The notes: generated by a model not told the origin, from the letters alone. 38,493 nucleotides of DNA from an uncultured bacterium (GCA_964573245.1 CAZNJA010000009.1:1-38493), one strand, 5' to 3'; positions 18,732 through 28,913 are shown, counted from the first letter of the stretch. Numbers and translations: made by a program.

Positions 18732-19916
18732 CTATGCAGACAATTGTTCCTGTGTGGGGGATTTCAGCCAAAATATTGGAATAGCCGCAAGCGCAACTAC
18801 TATGCCGCTAAGAAGAAAAGGGTAATCTATTGAATATTGGCTCACAAAACCTGCTATTAGGGGACCGAAAATCCAGCCCAACGCCTGCCAGGCAAGCACC
18901 ATACCAACATCAAGCCCCCTGCTTTTATCCCTTGAATAATGCTGAATAAGAGTGTTTCTGGCGGGCACCCAAAAACTTGCTCCTATTATATCGTGTAGTA
19001 ACCACACAATAGACGCAGTCAGAAAATATTTGGGAATTATAGCAATAGAAGTAAAAATTCCCTGTATCAAAATAGCAATAATCGTAGTCCATTTCAGATT
19101 CCACTTAACGACCTTTCCCGTAATAATCATCGGAAGCCCCAAACTTAATCTGTGAAACGCTATAATCACCGACACCACAACGGGCGAAATGGAAAACTTA
19201 TGATAAAAAAACAAAGGCGCAATAAAAGAATGGCTCATGCTGATGCCGACCCCCAAAAGAAACCCCGAAATATTCAAGAGAAATAAAGGATAAGATAAAC
19301 GATGTCTGAAAGGAGAAGCCCATGGGAATGCCTTTAAATCCGCAAAATTCACCCTTTTCAAAAACTTTTGATTTTCTACTTGTGAACTTGCCTCCCGAAA
19401 TTTAAACGAAAACAGAGCATATATCAGCAGAACCAGCAGGCCAACATACATAAAAGTGTGTTTATAACCAAGTGCCGCAAGCAAAACTCCGCCCACGATA
19501 GTGCCAACGCCCTGAAAAGTGGCATCGAATCCCGCTACCCAAGCCACAACGATGCGAAACGATTTTTTCCACCTGTCGAAAATCAGAAGCTGCTGAACCG
19601 TCTCCTTTATCGCAAGTGATGCTTCCCTTAAAGACTTTAAGAATATTTGAGGGCCGATAAAAGGAAAAAACGGAGTGAATAGATTGGTAATACCGCAGAA
19701 AAACAGAGACAGCCCGAAAATGTGTTTTCTTCCGAAAGTATCCGAAATATGCCCCGCGTAAATCCTTATAAAGAAAAGAAGCAGCGCAGAAAACGAGAAA
19801 ATAATCCCCATATTCCCGTAAGATATATTCAAATCGTCCAAAAAGAACGGGAGCAGGAAATCATACAACCCAATGCCCAAACCAAAAATGGCACTCGCAA
19901 GAATGAGTAAAAACAT
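18732..19916 (-). CDS. MFS transporter
   Basis: About 12 hydrophobic segments, motif A GHISDTFGRK, 394 aa. Confidence 0.88.
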   Translation of the reverse strand: MFLLILASAIFGLGIGLYDFLLPFFLDDLNISYGNMGIIFSFSALLLFFIRIYAGHISDTFGRKHIFGLSLFFCGITNLFTPFFPFIGPQIFLKSLREASLAIKETVQQLLIFDRWKKSFRIVVAWVAGFDATFQGVGTIVGGVLLAALGYKHTFMYVGLLVLLIYALFSFKFREASSQVENQKFLKRVNFADLKAFPWASPFRHRLSYPLFLLNISGFLLGVGISMSHSFIAPLFFYHKFSISPVVVSVIIAFHRLSLGLPMIITGKVVKWNLKWTTIIAILIQGIFTSIAIIPKYFLTASIVWLLHDIIGASFWVPARNTLIQHYSRDKSRGLDVGMVLAWQALGWIFGPLIAGFVSQYSIDYPFLLSGIVVALAAIPIFWLKSPTQEQLSA

Positions 19917-19923
19917 AGAAGCA

Positions 19924-19952
19924 AGTTTACCTTAAGAAGGAGGGCTTGTAAA
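19924..19952 (-). promoter_or_regulatory. Putative promoter for a leaderless MFS transcript
   Basis: TTTACA, 17 nt, TAAACT, ending 7 nt before the ATG at 19916; no SD sequence. Confidence 0.5.
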
Positions 19953-20160
19953 TCGCGTTAGAAAAATTCCGGGCTACGGGTTCCGCCCTTAGAAATCACA
20001 AAGTGATTCCAAGGGCCAAAGTCTCCCTTTCAGGGACTAAATCCCTGAGATGCTCTGCATCTCTAGGGGCCGGAAATCTTTCCCTGAGGAATGCAGAGCA
20101 TTCCCAGGACTAAAGTACCCGAAATTTCTTCGAAATTTCAGGGTGCAGATTTCTCGGGGC
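19953..20160. repeat. Array of five short bulged hairpins within a degenerate GTTAGAAA...TTTCT(AA)CGGGG outer repeat
   Basis: Hairpins at 19985-20016, 20021-20037, 20043-20068, 20083-20108, 20117-20144. Confidence 0.8.
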
Positions 20161-20316
20161 AACTACGATAACCGAGTTTATCAGCTGTAAATAGTGACGC
20201 GAACTGATAACCGTTTTTTTCCTTCACGATTTGTTCAATATACTTGCGGAGGGAAAGTAATTACGCTAAACGTTAAGATTTGCCCCTTATTTTCTTATTA
20301 CTTTGTTTCTTCATCC

Positions 20317-23300
20317 TTATTTCACACTCTTTTCACTAACCCATATCAAAGGAGCAAGTGTCTTTCTTACTATATTTTTCAATATAGGACTTTCTTCTAT
20401 AAATCTGGCTATAGGAGGAGATGCTCTATAGTAAATGCTTACAAATTTTTCTCCTATTGGGTTGGTTAACAGATATTCATTTCTAAAACTTCTTAGGGTT
20501 CTCACTTCTTTAGACATCTCTGCCCCATATGAGGCAGTTGCTATAAAACACCACTTTTTCCCCTTGTCGTCGTCATCATCACCGCCTGTATCAAAAATCG
20601 TTTCAACTCCACTAACGGCAAAAACACTACCTGCAATAGCTTCAAAAGTTACTCTGCCTAAAGAGTCCGACAGGTATAATCCCAAGAGTACTCCGTCTTT
20701 TGTTACAGCATAATAGTTGTTTGGGGTAAGGCCATTTATAGTATGCGTTGCTGTAATACCCGGCGCGCCTGCTTCTTCTGTCCACTGTTTGTAATAAGGA
20801 GCAGAAGTGTTCCATGCGTCAAAGGAAAGATCAATTCTAACAGGAGAGGATAATACGATATCCATTATGGAAGTGTCTGAGGTTAGAGAATCTTCAAAAA
20901 TAATGCTGATAATGCCGGTATCATTGGCATCCGCCGTTGCCGATAAAACCATAATGTTCTCGTCAGAGATGCTCTTTATTGCAGGAGTTGTGGCATACTC
21001 ATAAGTGAATTCAGTGCGAGAGGGGAGAAGCTGTCCATATTCACTCATATGATAGTCCCAATCATCGTTGTCGGTATCGTCTCTTGTATCAGGGAAGGTA
21101 GTCCAGTAAGGAAGAAGCCCCTTTATTTTCAGCGACAACCAATACCAACTTTGAGGATAGTCCATCACCCAATTTATATCAGTAAGCGTTCTGTTAATCC
21201 AAATGTAAAGAAGAGAAAAAGGTATAGAAAGCGATTTTTCGACATATCCCTCTACTCCTTTTTCAAGAAAACTAGCATACTGCTCAATGCCGATATAGAG
21301 TTCTGCTTCATCGCCGGGGTCAAATGTTTTATACCAAATATAACTGTCAATATCTGACAAATTAGCCAGAGGGTAATCCGGTATTTCTTCAGGAGAAGTT
21401 ATAACAAATCGCGCGCACCAGCCTACTTTCATACTTGTCGGCGGTTCTAAGTACAGGGATTTTGAATCGTAAATACTTCCCAGCGATTGTCCGTGGGTCG
21501 GATTTATTCCTCTAAAATAGTATGTAGTTGTTTGTGTGTCAATATCCCCGACAAAGAAAAGTATTCTTCTTTTTGTGGTGTTTAAATTTTCATCAGTGAC
21601 GGTGAAAATCAGGGAATATGTTCCCGGTTTGGTTACAGTAAAATGACCTTGGGGATTATTGGTGATAGCCCAATTATTATCAGCCGTGATTGTTTCTGAT
21701 GGAGAAGTTGTAATGGCAGTGCAATCCTCACAGTCAGTGCCATCGAGATTAAAGGCGGAAATGCCGAAACTGACCGTATCATCAACGTTCTTTGTTCTCG
21801 GGTCAGCATCGGTAAAAGTCAGCATCTTGCTGAGCATATTGTCATTGAACCGGTTTGATGAGTAAGTGTTGATTGTCCCGGTGTTGTAAATATCGTTTCT
21901 GTTCTTTGAGATAATGTTGCCGGTTAAGGTATTTGAGGAGGAAGAATTCAGATAGATACCGTATTTATTTGAGTATACCGTATTTTCCGTTATTTGGTTA
22001 TCGTTTGATGAAGAGTTCAGGTAGATGCCGAATTCATTGAATTGCACCGTATTTCCCATTATTAGGTTATCGTTTGATGAAGAGTTCAGATAGATGCCGT
22101 ATCTATTTGAGTTGACAGTGATATTCTCAATTGTTGAATTGCTTGTATTACCAAAATAGACGCAATAACGGTTGCGAGGCGAGAGGGTGGCATTTTTTAC
22201 TTGGACGTAGGAGCTGTTTATGCACCAGAACATTCCGATATCTCCTATCTCATCACCGTCATAGACAAGAGGTACCTCAGCAGTTCCGTGTTCGTCATAT
22301 AAGTAATAGACCGGCTTGCCCTCCACCATGTTGGTGTTGTCTATATTGTTGTCGTATGCGCCTGCGACATAAAGATTATACGTGTTTCCCGACATTGTAT
22401 TGCCGGTCAGAGTGTTGCCGGAAGAAGAGAGTAAGTAAATGCCATGAGTGTAGCTTGAACTCGTTATGTTCCCTATCAGGTTGTTATTTGAGGAAAATTT
22501 AAGATAGATACTGTAGTCATTTGAGTTAGCAGCGATATTCTCAATTGTTGAATTGCCGGTGCCGTCAAAATAGACGCCGTAACGGTTGTTAGGCGAGAGG
22601 GTGGCATTTTTTACTTGGACGTAGGAGCTGTTTATGCACCAGAACATTCCGATATCTCCTATCTCATCACCGTCATAGACGAGAGGCACCTCAGCAGTTC
22701 CGTGTTCGCTGTGTAAATAATAGATAGGCTTTCCTTCAACTGTATTGGTAGTATCTATATCGTTGTAATATGTGGCAGGCATGAGCTGAAGATTGTATTC
22801 ATTCCCAGACATTGTGTTGCCGGTCAGAGTGTTGCCGGAAGAAGAGTTCAGATAGATGCCTGTTTTATCATTAAAGTTCGCTATATTTCCTATTAGGTCG
22901 TTTGAGTCGGCAAGAGCATAGCTATAGATACCATAGATATTGAAATTGGTAGTATTATTGAGTAGAGTGTTGTTGCTTACGAATTTCAAGTAAATGCCAT
23001 AATAATTGTTGTTTGCAATAACATTTTCTATAACGCAATCGGTATAAGGTGCGGATGGATTTGGTGACGCTAGATACACCCCCGCTTTCTGGTTACCGAT
23101 TGCACCTTCCGCCGTAAACCCGATTATTTTGACATTACTTTCTGTTATGGTGAATACATTCTCAGACGGGTCCGGTGTTTGAACAATACAGTTATCGGGA
23201 CCGTTCTGTGAGCTTATAGCTAAACCCTTATCAACGGTGACACTCTCCGAGTAGGTACCATCCGCAACTAAAACGGTATCTCCAACGTCCGCTGTGTCAA

Positions 23301-23475
23301 CTGCATTTTGTATTGTGAGTTTGGCAGTGGGCCACGTGAGTCCATCATGACCATCATCTCCGGTAGTGCTGACATAATAATAGGTATCTGCGGCAGAAAC
23401 ATTGTCAGCTCCAAGTAAAAAAACAACGGAGAACAAAAGTACCCATAAAATAATAATAATTTTGTTTTTATTCAT
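20317..23475 (-). CDS. Secreted parallel beta-helix (NosD/CASH-like) repeat protein with C-terminal CFI-box-CTERM domain
   Basis: Signal peptide, TIQNAVD.A..GDTV.V..GTY, many GIYL..S.NN.L..N repeats, GGDDDDDKGKKWCFIATASYG...LR.FR...L...G..FV..YYR.SPP.A; ATG 23475 preferred to TTG 23484. Confidence 0.85.
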   Translation of the reverse strand: MNKNKIIIILWVLLFSVVFLLGADNVSAADTYYYVSTTGDDGHDGLTWPTAKLTIQNAVDTADVGDTVLVADGTYSESVTVDKGLAISSQNGPDNCIVQTPDPSENVFTITESNVKIIGFTAEGAIGNQKAGVYLASPNPSAPYTDCVIENVIANNNYYGIYLKFVSNNTLLNNTTNFNIYGIYSYALADSNDLIGNIANFNDKTGIYLNSSSGNTLTGNTMSGNEYNLQLMPATYYNDIDTTNTVEGKPIYYLHSEHGTAEVPLVYDGDEIGDIGMFWCINSSYVQVKNATLSPNNRYGVYFDGTGNSTIENIAANSNDYSIYLKFSSNNNLIGNITSSSYTHGIYLLSSSGNTLTGNTMSGNTYNLYVAGAYDNNIDNTNMVEGKPVYYLYDEHGTAEVPLVYDGDEIGDIGMFWCINSSYVQVKNATLSPRNRYCVYFGNTSNSTIENITVNSNRYGIYLNSSSNDNLIMGNTVQFNEFGIYLNSSSNDNQITENTVYSNKYGIYLNSSSSNTLTGNIISKNRNDIYNTGTINTYSSNRFNDNMLSKMLTFTDADPRTKNVDDTVSFGISAFNLDGTDCEDCTAITTSPSETITADNNWAITNNPQGHFTVTKPGTYSLIFTVTDENLNTTKRRILFFVGDIDTQTTTYYFRGINPTHGQSLGSIYDSKSLYLEPPTSMKVGWCARFVITSPEEIPDYPLANLSDIDSYIWYKTFDPGDEAELYIGIEQYASFLEKGVEGYVEKSLSIPFSLLYIWINRTLTDINWVMDYPQSWYWLSLKIKGLLPYWTTFPDTRDDTDNDDWDYHMSEYGQLLPSRTEFTYEYATTPAIKSISDENIMVLSATADANDTGIISIIFEDSLTSDTSIMDIVLSSPVRIDLSFDAWNTSAPYYKQWTEEAGAPGITATHTINGLTPNNYYAVTKDGVLLGLYLSDSLGRVTFEAIAGSVFAVSGVETIFDTGGDDDDDKGKKWCFIATASYGAEMSKEVRTLRSFRNEYLLTNPIGEKFVSIYYRASPPIARFIEESPILKNIVRKTLAPLIWVSEKSVK
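22177..22708 (-). repeat. Internal duplication in the beta-helix gene (offset 414 nt = 138 aa)
   Basis: 22177-22294 and 22591-22708 differ at 2 of 118 positions, both synonymous. Confidence 0.9.
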
Positions 23476-23502
23476 ATCTATCAATATATTTTACCACGAA
23501 AA

Positions 23503-23543
23503 AAGAAAAGACGAGAAGAAACTAATCTTTCTCGTCTTTTCTT
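23503..23543 (-). terminator. Hairpin downstream of yebC
   Basis: aagaaaagacgagaa ... ttctcgtcttttctt, 15-bp stem running into a T tract on the minus strand. Confidence 0.7.
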
Positions 23544-23559
23544 ACTAAAACTTACTGTT

Positions 23560-24330
23560 TTATTCTTCTATTTTTTCCATTATTTCATCAGGAATATCAA
23601 AATTAGCATAGACATTTTGAACATCGTCGTGTTCTTCTAATGCTTCTACAAGTTGTAACATCTTTTCCGCGGATTTTGCGTCCGTAATGGGAATGGGGTT
23701 TTCGGGCAACATCTCAATTTTTGCCGAAGATATATGGATATTTTCATTCTTAAGAGCTTCCTTAACAGCGTTTAAATCTTCTACCTTTGCAATCAATGCG
23801 CACTCTTCATTTTCCACCCTGAAATCTTCTGCTCCCGTGTTTATGGTAAGTTCCATTAATTCTTCTTCGCTAAATTTCTCTTTCTTTTCTAGGGTCCTAA
23901 AGATAGAGATTGTTGCTACACCTTTCTTCTTAAAAAACCTAGCCGCAGAACCCGGAGATGCGAGATTACCGCCAAATTTTGAAAATATATGTTTCATTTC
24001 AGAAGAAGTCCGGTTTTTATTGTCGGTTATTCCTTCTATAAAAAAAGCTACTCCACCGGGGCCATATGCTTCATAACTACATTGCTCCAAAATAACACCA
24101 GGCAATTCCCCCGTACCTTTTTTTATTGCGCGGGTTATGTTATCTTGCGGCATGTTGACTTCCCTTGCCGCATCCACCGCCGTTCTTAACACGGAATTCA
24201 TGCTGATATCGCCGCCGCTACGCGCAGCGATCGTAATCTGTTTGCCTATACGGCTGAAAACTTTTCCTCTTGCCGCGTCTGCCTTTCCCTTTTTGTGTTT
24301 TATACTTGCCCAATGACTGTGTCCTGACAT
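23560..24330 (-). CDS. yebC: YebC/PmpR family protein
   Basis: MSGHSHWASIKHKKG..DA.RGK.F, YEAYGPGG, TDNKNRT, LEEHDDVQNVYAN. Confidence 0.96.
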   Translation of the reverse strand: MSGHSHWASIKHKKGKADAARGKVFSRIGKQITIAARSGGDISMNSVLRTAVDAAREVNMPQDNITRAIKKGTGELPGVILEQCSYEAYGPGGVAFFIEGITDNKNRTSSEMKHIFSKFGGNLASPGSAARFFKKKGVATISIFRTLEKKEKFSEEELMELTINTGAEDFRVENEECALIAKVEDLNAVKEALKNENIHISSAKIEMLPENPIPITDAKSAEKMLQLVEALEEHDDVQNVYANFDIPDEIMEKIEE

Positions 24331-24416
24331 GTTTTATTCCTCCATTTACGAAATTTGTGTTTTATACTTGCCCAATGACTGTGTCCTGACATGTTTTATT
24401 CCTCCATTTACGAAAT
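24292..24416. repeat. Perfect 62-bp tandem duplication covering the yebC RBS, start codon and first 13 codons
   Basis: 24292-24354 is identical to 24354-24416. Confidence 0.95.
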
Positions 24417-24418
24417 AT

Positions 24419-24496
24419 GACGGACGACCGTCCCGACTTATTGTCGGAACTAAGATTAAGGGTGCTTTATTCATCCCTCACCCATCGTCCTCCGTT
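24419..24496. repeat. Degenerate GACG/CGTC-arm element with a nested CCGAC hairpin, between the EF-G paralogue and yebC
   Basis: gacggacgac [gtcccgac-ttatt-gtcggaac 24430-24450] ... catcgtcctccgtt. Confidence 0.5.
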
Positions 24497-26497
24497 TCAC
24501 TTTTTTCCACTTTCCTCGACAATTTTCTTCGCTATATGAGCAGGCGTCTCTTCATAACAAGAAAATTTCATCTGGAAATTGCCCCTGCCTTTGGTAATCG
24601 ATTTAAGCGTTGATGCATATCGAGACAATTCTCCCAACGGAATCTGCGCCTTTATTATCCGTGAGTGCCCTTTAACTTCAATGTTAAGTATTCTTCCTCT
24701 ACGCGCATTAACATCGCCCGTAACATCACCTACATATTCTTCCGGGATAACAATTTCGACCTCCATTATAGGCTCTACAATAGTCGGTTTCGCCTGCTTT
24801 ACCGCATCCCTAAAAGCCATAGAACCCGCAATCTGAAACGCTATATCTGACGAATCCACAGGATGGAAACTTCCGTCATACACGCTTACTTTTATATCGG
24901 TAACAGGATAACCAGTAGTTACACCTTTGCCCAAAGCCTCTTTTACGCCCTTTTCAACCGAAGGTATAAACCGCGAAGGGATCTTTCCGCCGACAATTTT
25001 ATCAACAAATTCAAAACCTTTCCCTCTTGGCAAAGGCTCGATTTCAAGCCATACATCAGCATATTGACCATGTCCGCCGCTTTGCTTTTTATATTTTGCC
25101 TGAACTTTCGCACTACCTTTAATAGTCTCTCTGTAAGGAACTCTCGGTTCTTTAAAATCAACATTTACGCCAAACTTGCTTGCCAATCGTTTCGACACGG
25201 TGCCCAAATGTAATTCCCCCATGCCCGAAAGAACTATTTCGCTGAATTCCTTACTGAAAGTCACATTCAGCGTCGGGTCTTCTTTGCACAACTTATCCAA
25301 GGCAAAACTTACTTTTTCCTCGTCTTTTCTTTCCTTGGGAACCACAGCAACCGAAGTGTTTGGAGAAGGGAATTCCAGAGACTTCAATATTATATCGTCT
25401 TTAGCGCTGGACAAAGTGTCGCTAACCTGGGTGGACTTGAGTTTTGCTATACCTGCTATTTCTCCCATTCCCACGTTATTGAGCTCATTTTTTGTTTGTC
25501 CTTTTATAATCTGAAATTTTTGTCCTAATTTCTCTTCCACGCCCTTGGAAACATTATAAACAACAGAACTCGCCTCGAATCTGCCAGAAAAAACCCTGAA
25601 AAGGGCAACATCCCCCAAGTGCGGTTCAGAGACCACTTTAAACACTTGAGCAAGTGATTCTTCCTTCTGCGCGATATTTATTTCCTTGCCATCTTTATCA
25701 AAGACCTTTCTTTTTGTCGGGTCCGGGAAAAAATCAACTAGGAATTTTACTAATGAATCCAGTCCTATATCAGCATAATTAGAACCGCACATAAGAGGCG
25801 AAATAAGTCCTTGTTCAACTCCTGCTTTTAGGCCTGCTTTCACTTCGTCAGCGGACAGTTTGCCTTCTCCCAGATATTTTTCCACTAAAATATCATCTGT
25901 CTCTGCTACGCTTTCCATTAACTTTTCTCTAAAACCGGAAAACTCCCCAGGAATGCTTTCGGCTTCATCTATCAAATCGATGACGGCTTTTAACACTTTC
26001 TCTTCTACTTGCGGCACTTGGACGGGAACCAGTTGAGTTTCCAACTTTGCTTGAAGTTCGCCCAAAATCTTATGAAAATCTGCTTCCTGTCTATCCATTT
26101 TATTCAAAAAAAATAATCGCGGCAGGTTTTCCCCTTTGACTATATTCCATATTTGTTCCGTCTGGACTTCAACGTTTCCCGAAGCATCTATCACAAAAAT
26201 AACTCCGTCAACAGCACTCAAAGCGCTTATAACATCGCCTATAAAGTCTGGATACCCAGGCGTATCTAATAAACTAAAATTGTGTTTCCCATAAGGACAA
26301 TTGAATAATTTGAGCGTATGCGTGAAATTTCTTTCTTTTTCTTCCTGTGTAAAATCAGAAATCAAGTGTGCTTCTTCTTTTTGGGGAATTTTGGGGATTG
26401 CTCCGGCTTTAACAAGCAAACTTGCAATTAAAGAACTTTTCCCCGTATTGCTTTGAGAAACAAAAGCGACATTTCTTATATTTTCAACAGACACCAT
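24497..26497 (-). CDS. Elongation factor G paralogue (EF-G2-like)
   Basis: IRNVA, DTPGYPDF, NKMD, EDPT, SGMGELHL, VPYRETI, KKQSGGHGQYA, DGSFHPVDSS; RBS AAGGAGGT before ATG 26497. Confidence 0.9.
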   Translation of the reverse strand: MVSVENIRNVAFVSQSNTGKSSLIASLLVKAGAIPKIPQKEEAHLISDFTQEEKERNFTHTLKLFNCPYGKHNFSLLDTPGYPDFIGDVISALSAVDGVIFVIDASGNVEVQTEQIWNIVKGENLPRLFFLNKMDRQEADFHKILGELQAKLETQLVPVQVPQVEEKVLKAVIDLIDEAESIPGEFSGFREKLMESVAETDDILVEKYLGEGKLSADEVKAGLKAGVEQGLISPLMCGSNYADIGLDSLVKFLVDFFPDPTKRKVFDKDGKEINIAQKEESLAQVFKVVSEPHLGDVALFRVFSGRFEASSVVYNVSKGVEEKLGQKFQIIKGQTKNELNNVGMGEIAGIAKLKSTQVSDTLSSAKDDIILKSLEFPSPNTSVAVVPKERKDEEKVSFALDKLCKEDPTLNVTFSKEFSEIVLSGMGELHLGTVSKRLASKFGVNVDFKEPRVPYRETIKGSAKVQAKYKKQSGGHGQYADVWLEIEPLPRGKGFEFVDKIVGGKIPSRFIPSVEKGVKEALGKGVTTGYPVTDIKVSVYDGSFHPVDSSDIAFQIAGSMAFRDAVKQAKPTIVEPIMEVEIVIPEEYVGDVTGDVNARRGRILNIEVKGHSRIIKAQIPLGELSRYASTLKSITKGRGNFQMKFSCYEETPAHIAKKIVEESGKK

Positions 26498-26655
26498 GCT
26501 TAACCTCCTTCCGATGCTTGACTTACTGAAGCCGTTAATATAACACATTGCTCTTTTTAGAGCAAACAGGAGACGGGTTTTTGAAGCGATTTTGTGAAAA
26601 ACATACTTGAAATATATGGCGTCTTTTGCGCAAACAGAGTAAAATTGAAATTCAT

Positions 26656-27921
26656 ATGATAGAAAAAGAGTTGGCTATCCTGGTTTTGGATAAAAGGCAC
26701 CAAAACTATGCCGCCTACCAAATGTCATCGGACAAAGATTCACAAGAAGAATTGCATCAGCTTGCAAAAACCGCGGGGGCCGAAACAGTAGATTGCTTAA
26801 TTTTCGACTTATCTCACCCAACCGCAAATCTTTTTATAGGAAAAGGGCAGGCGGAAAGGTTAAGAAACTTATGCTCAGAAAAAAACGCAAACCTTATAAT
26901 ATTTGATAATGAATTAAGCCCTGTTCAGCAAAGAAACTTGGAAGAGGTTACAGAGACAAAAGTAGTTGACCGGACTCAACTAATCCTGGATATTTTCGCG
27001 CGACATGCACACTCTAAAGAAGGAGAGTTACAAGTAGAACTCGCCCAAATGAACTATACGCTTACACGTCTTACAGGAAAAGGCATAGAACTTTCGCGAT
27101 TGGGAGGAGGCATCGGAACCCGCGGACCGGGAGAAATGCAACTGGAATATGATAAGAGAAAAATCAGAAAACACATCATAATACTAAAGAAAAAACTGGA
27201 TAAAATTTCGCTTCATCGGGAACTTAAGAGACAAAAGAGAAAAGAAAACATGGTCCCTTTGGTAGTTTTGGTAGGATATACGAACTCAGGCAAGACGACT
27301 CTTATAAACAAACTTTCTTCTTCGAATTTCGAGCAGGGCGACAAACTGTTTTTGACTCTCGATTCCGTAATGAGAAAAATAGATGTAGGAAATAACCAAA
27401 AAGCCATTCTCGTTGACACTGTTGGTTTTATAAAAGGACTCCCGCATCAATTAATAGAGTCGTTTAAATCCACTCTGGAGGAAGCTAACTATGCGGATAT
27501 TCTCATCCATGTCATAGATTCTTCAAGCCCAGATATCAAAGGAAATTATAAGGTAGTAGTCAATATATTAAAGGAACTTAACGCAACGGACAAGCCGATT
27601 GTTACGATTTTAAACAAGGAAGACACTCTTGACGCAGAAACTAAAAGGGATATAGAAAGACTTTTTCCAGACGGAATTCTTATTTCGGCGGCTAAAGGAA
27701 ATAATATAGAAAAGTTAAAAGCAAAATTATCCCAAATACTTCAGACAAAAAGAGAAACCGCGAAATTCTTGATACCTTTTGATAAAATGAATATCGTTTC
27801 GACAATTCATGAACAAGGCAAGATTATAAAAAAAGAATTTACGGATGCAGGGGTTAAAATAACTGCGGAAATCCCGCGTATTTTGAGCAGGAAAATAAAT
27901 CAATACAAAATAGACAAATGA
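26656..27921 (+). CDS. hflX: GTPase HflX
   Basis: [57 protein letters not shown]; start uncertain (ATG 26656 vs TTG 26626). Confidence 0.95.
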   Translation: MIEKELAILVLDKRHQNYAAYQMSSDKDSQEELHQLAKTAGAETVDCLIFDLSHPTANLFIGKGQAERLRNLCSEKNANLIIFDNELSPVQQRNLEEVTETKVVDRTQLILDIFARHAHSKEGELQVELAQMNYTLTRLTGKGIELSRLGGGIGTRGPGEMQLEYDKRKIRKHIIILKKKLDKISLHRELKRQKRKENMVPLVVLVGYTNSGKTTLINKLSSSNFEQGDKLFLTLDSVMRKIDVGNNQKAILVDTVGFIKGLPHQLIESFKSTLEEANYADILIHVIDSSSPDIKGNYKVVVNILKELNATDKPIVTILNKEDTLDAETKRDIERLFPDGILISAAKGNNIEKLKAKLSQILQTKRETAKFLIPFDKMNIVSTIHEQGKIIKKEFTDAGVKITAEIPRILSRKINQYKIDK

Positions 27922-28850
27922 GAATACTAATAACTGGCGGAGCTGGGTTCATCGGCTCGCATTTATGCGAGAGACTCATCAAAAAGGGTCATGAAGTTAT
28001 CTGCATGGACAGTTTATTAACTGGGGCCAAAACAAATATCAAAGAATTATTATCTATGCCGAATTTTAAATTCATAGAGCATAATGTAAGCGAATACGTT
28101 GAATTTAAACAAGATTTGGATTATATATTGCACTTTGCATCCCCCGCTTCGCCCACAGATTACCTTAAATATCCAATACAAACCTTAAAAGTCGGTGCTT
28201 TGGGAACGCACAATACTCTGGGGCTCGCAAAAGAGAAAAAAGCGAAATTCTTACTGGCTTCCACTTCCGAAGTATACGGCGACCCGCAAGTAAATCCGCA
28301 ACCGGAAGAATACTGGGGCAATGTAAACTGCATAAGTCCAAGGGGTGTCTATGACGAGGCAAAAAGATTTGCCGAAGCAATGACCATGGCTTATCACAAA
28401 TACCATAAATTAGATACAAGAATAATACGGATTTTCAACACCTATGGACCTAAAATGCGAATTAACGACGGCAGAGCAGTTCCCGCTTTTATAAGTCAGG
28501 CCTTAAAAGAAAAGCCCTTAACCGTATTCGGAGACGGCTCTCAAACAAGAAGTTTCTGTTATATAAACGATCTATCAGATGGCATCTTAAAACTTATAGA
28601 TTCTTCAGTCCACGAACCTGTTAATCTGGGAAATCCCGATGAGTTTACAATATTGGAATTGGCCAAAAAGATAATAAAGCTAACCAAAAGCAAAAGTAAA
28701 ATAGCATTTGAAGCGCTCCCTGCAGACGACCCAAAGGTGAGAAGACCTGACATTTCAAAAGCAAAAAAATTACTTGATTGGCAGCCAAAGGTAGGAATTG
28801 ACGAAGGACTTATAAAGACAATTGATTATTTTAAGGAAAAGACATTCTAA
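27918..28850 (+). CDS. UDP-glucuronate decarboxylase-like NAD-dependent epimerase/dehydratase
   Basis: [58 protein letters not shown]. Confidence 0.92.
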   Translation: MRILITGGAGFIGSHLCERLIKKGHEVICMDSLLTGAKTNIKELLSMPNFKFIEHNVSEYVEFKQDLDYILHFASPASPTDYLKYPIQTLKVGALGTHNTLGLAKEKKAKFLLASTSEVYGDPQVNPQPEEYWGNVNCISPRGVYDEAKRFAEAMTMAYHKYHKLDTRIIRIFNTYGPKMRINDGRAVPAFISQALKEKPLTVFGDGSQTRSFCYINDLSDGILKLIDSSVHEPVNLGNPDEFTILELAKKIIKLTKSKSKIAFEALPADDPKVRRPDISKAKKLLDWQPKVGIDEGLIKTIDYFKEKTF

Positions 28851-28913
28851 CCTTCCACAATATTTAATTATTAATAATTTAAGAGAATTAACATTCATTA
28901 GGAATTGGGAATT

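Noticed and set aside
19985-20144. CRISPR array
   Set aside because: Units are not identical direct repeats, they alternate in orientation, the gaps are only 4-14 nt, and no cas genes are present.
22177-22708. Diversity-generating retroelement TR/VR pair
   Set aside because: Both copies are in frame in one ORF, the two differences are synonymous and not adenine-specific, and there is no reverse transcriptase in the window.
23877-23909. Imperfect hairpin and possible short insert in yebC (SIFRTL)
   Set aside because: Low-complexity purine/pyrimidine pairing could arise by chance; no second copy.
26498-26548. N-terminal extension of the EF-G paralogue
   Set aside because: A strong SD (AAGGAGGT) sits directly before ATG 26497.
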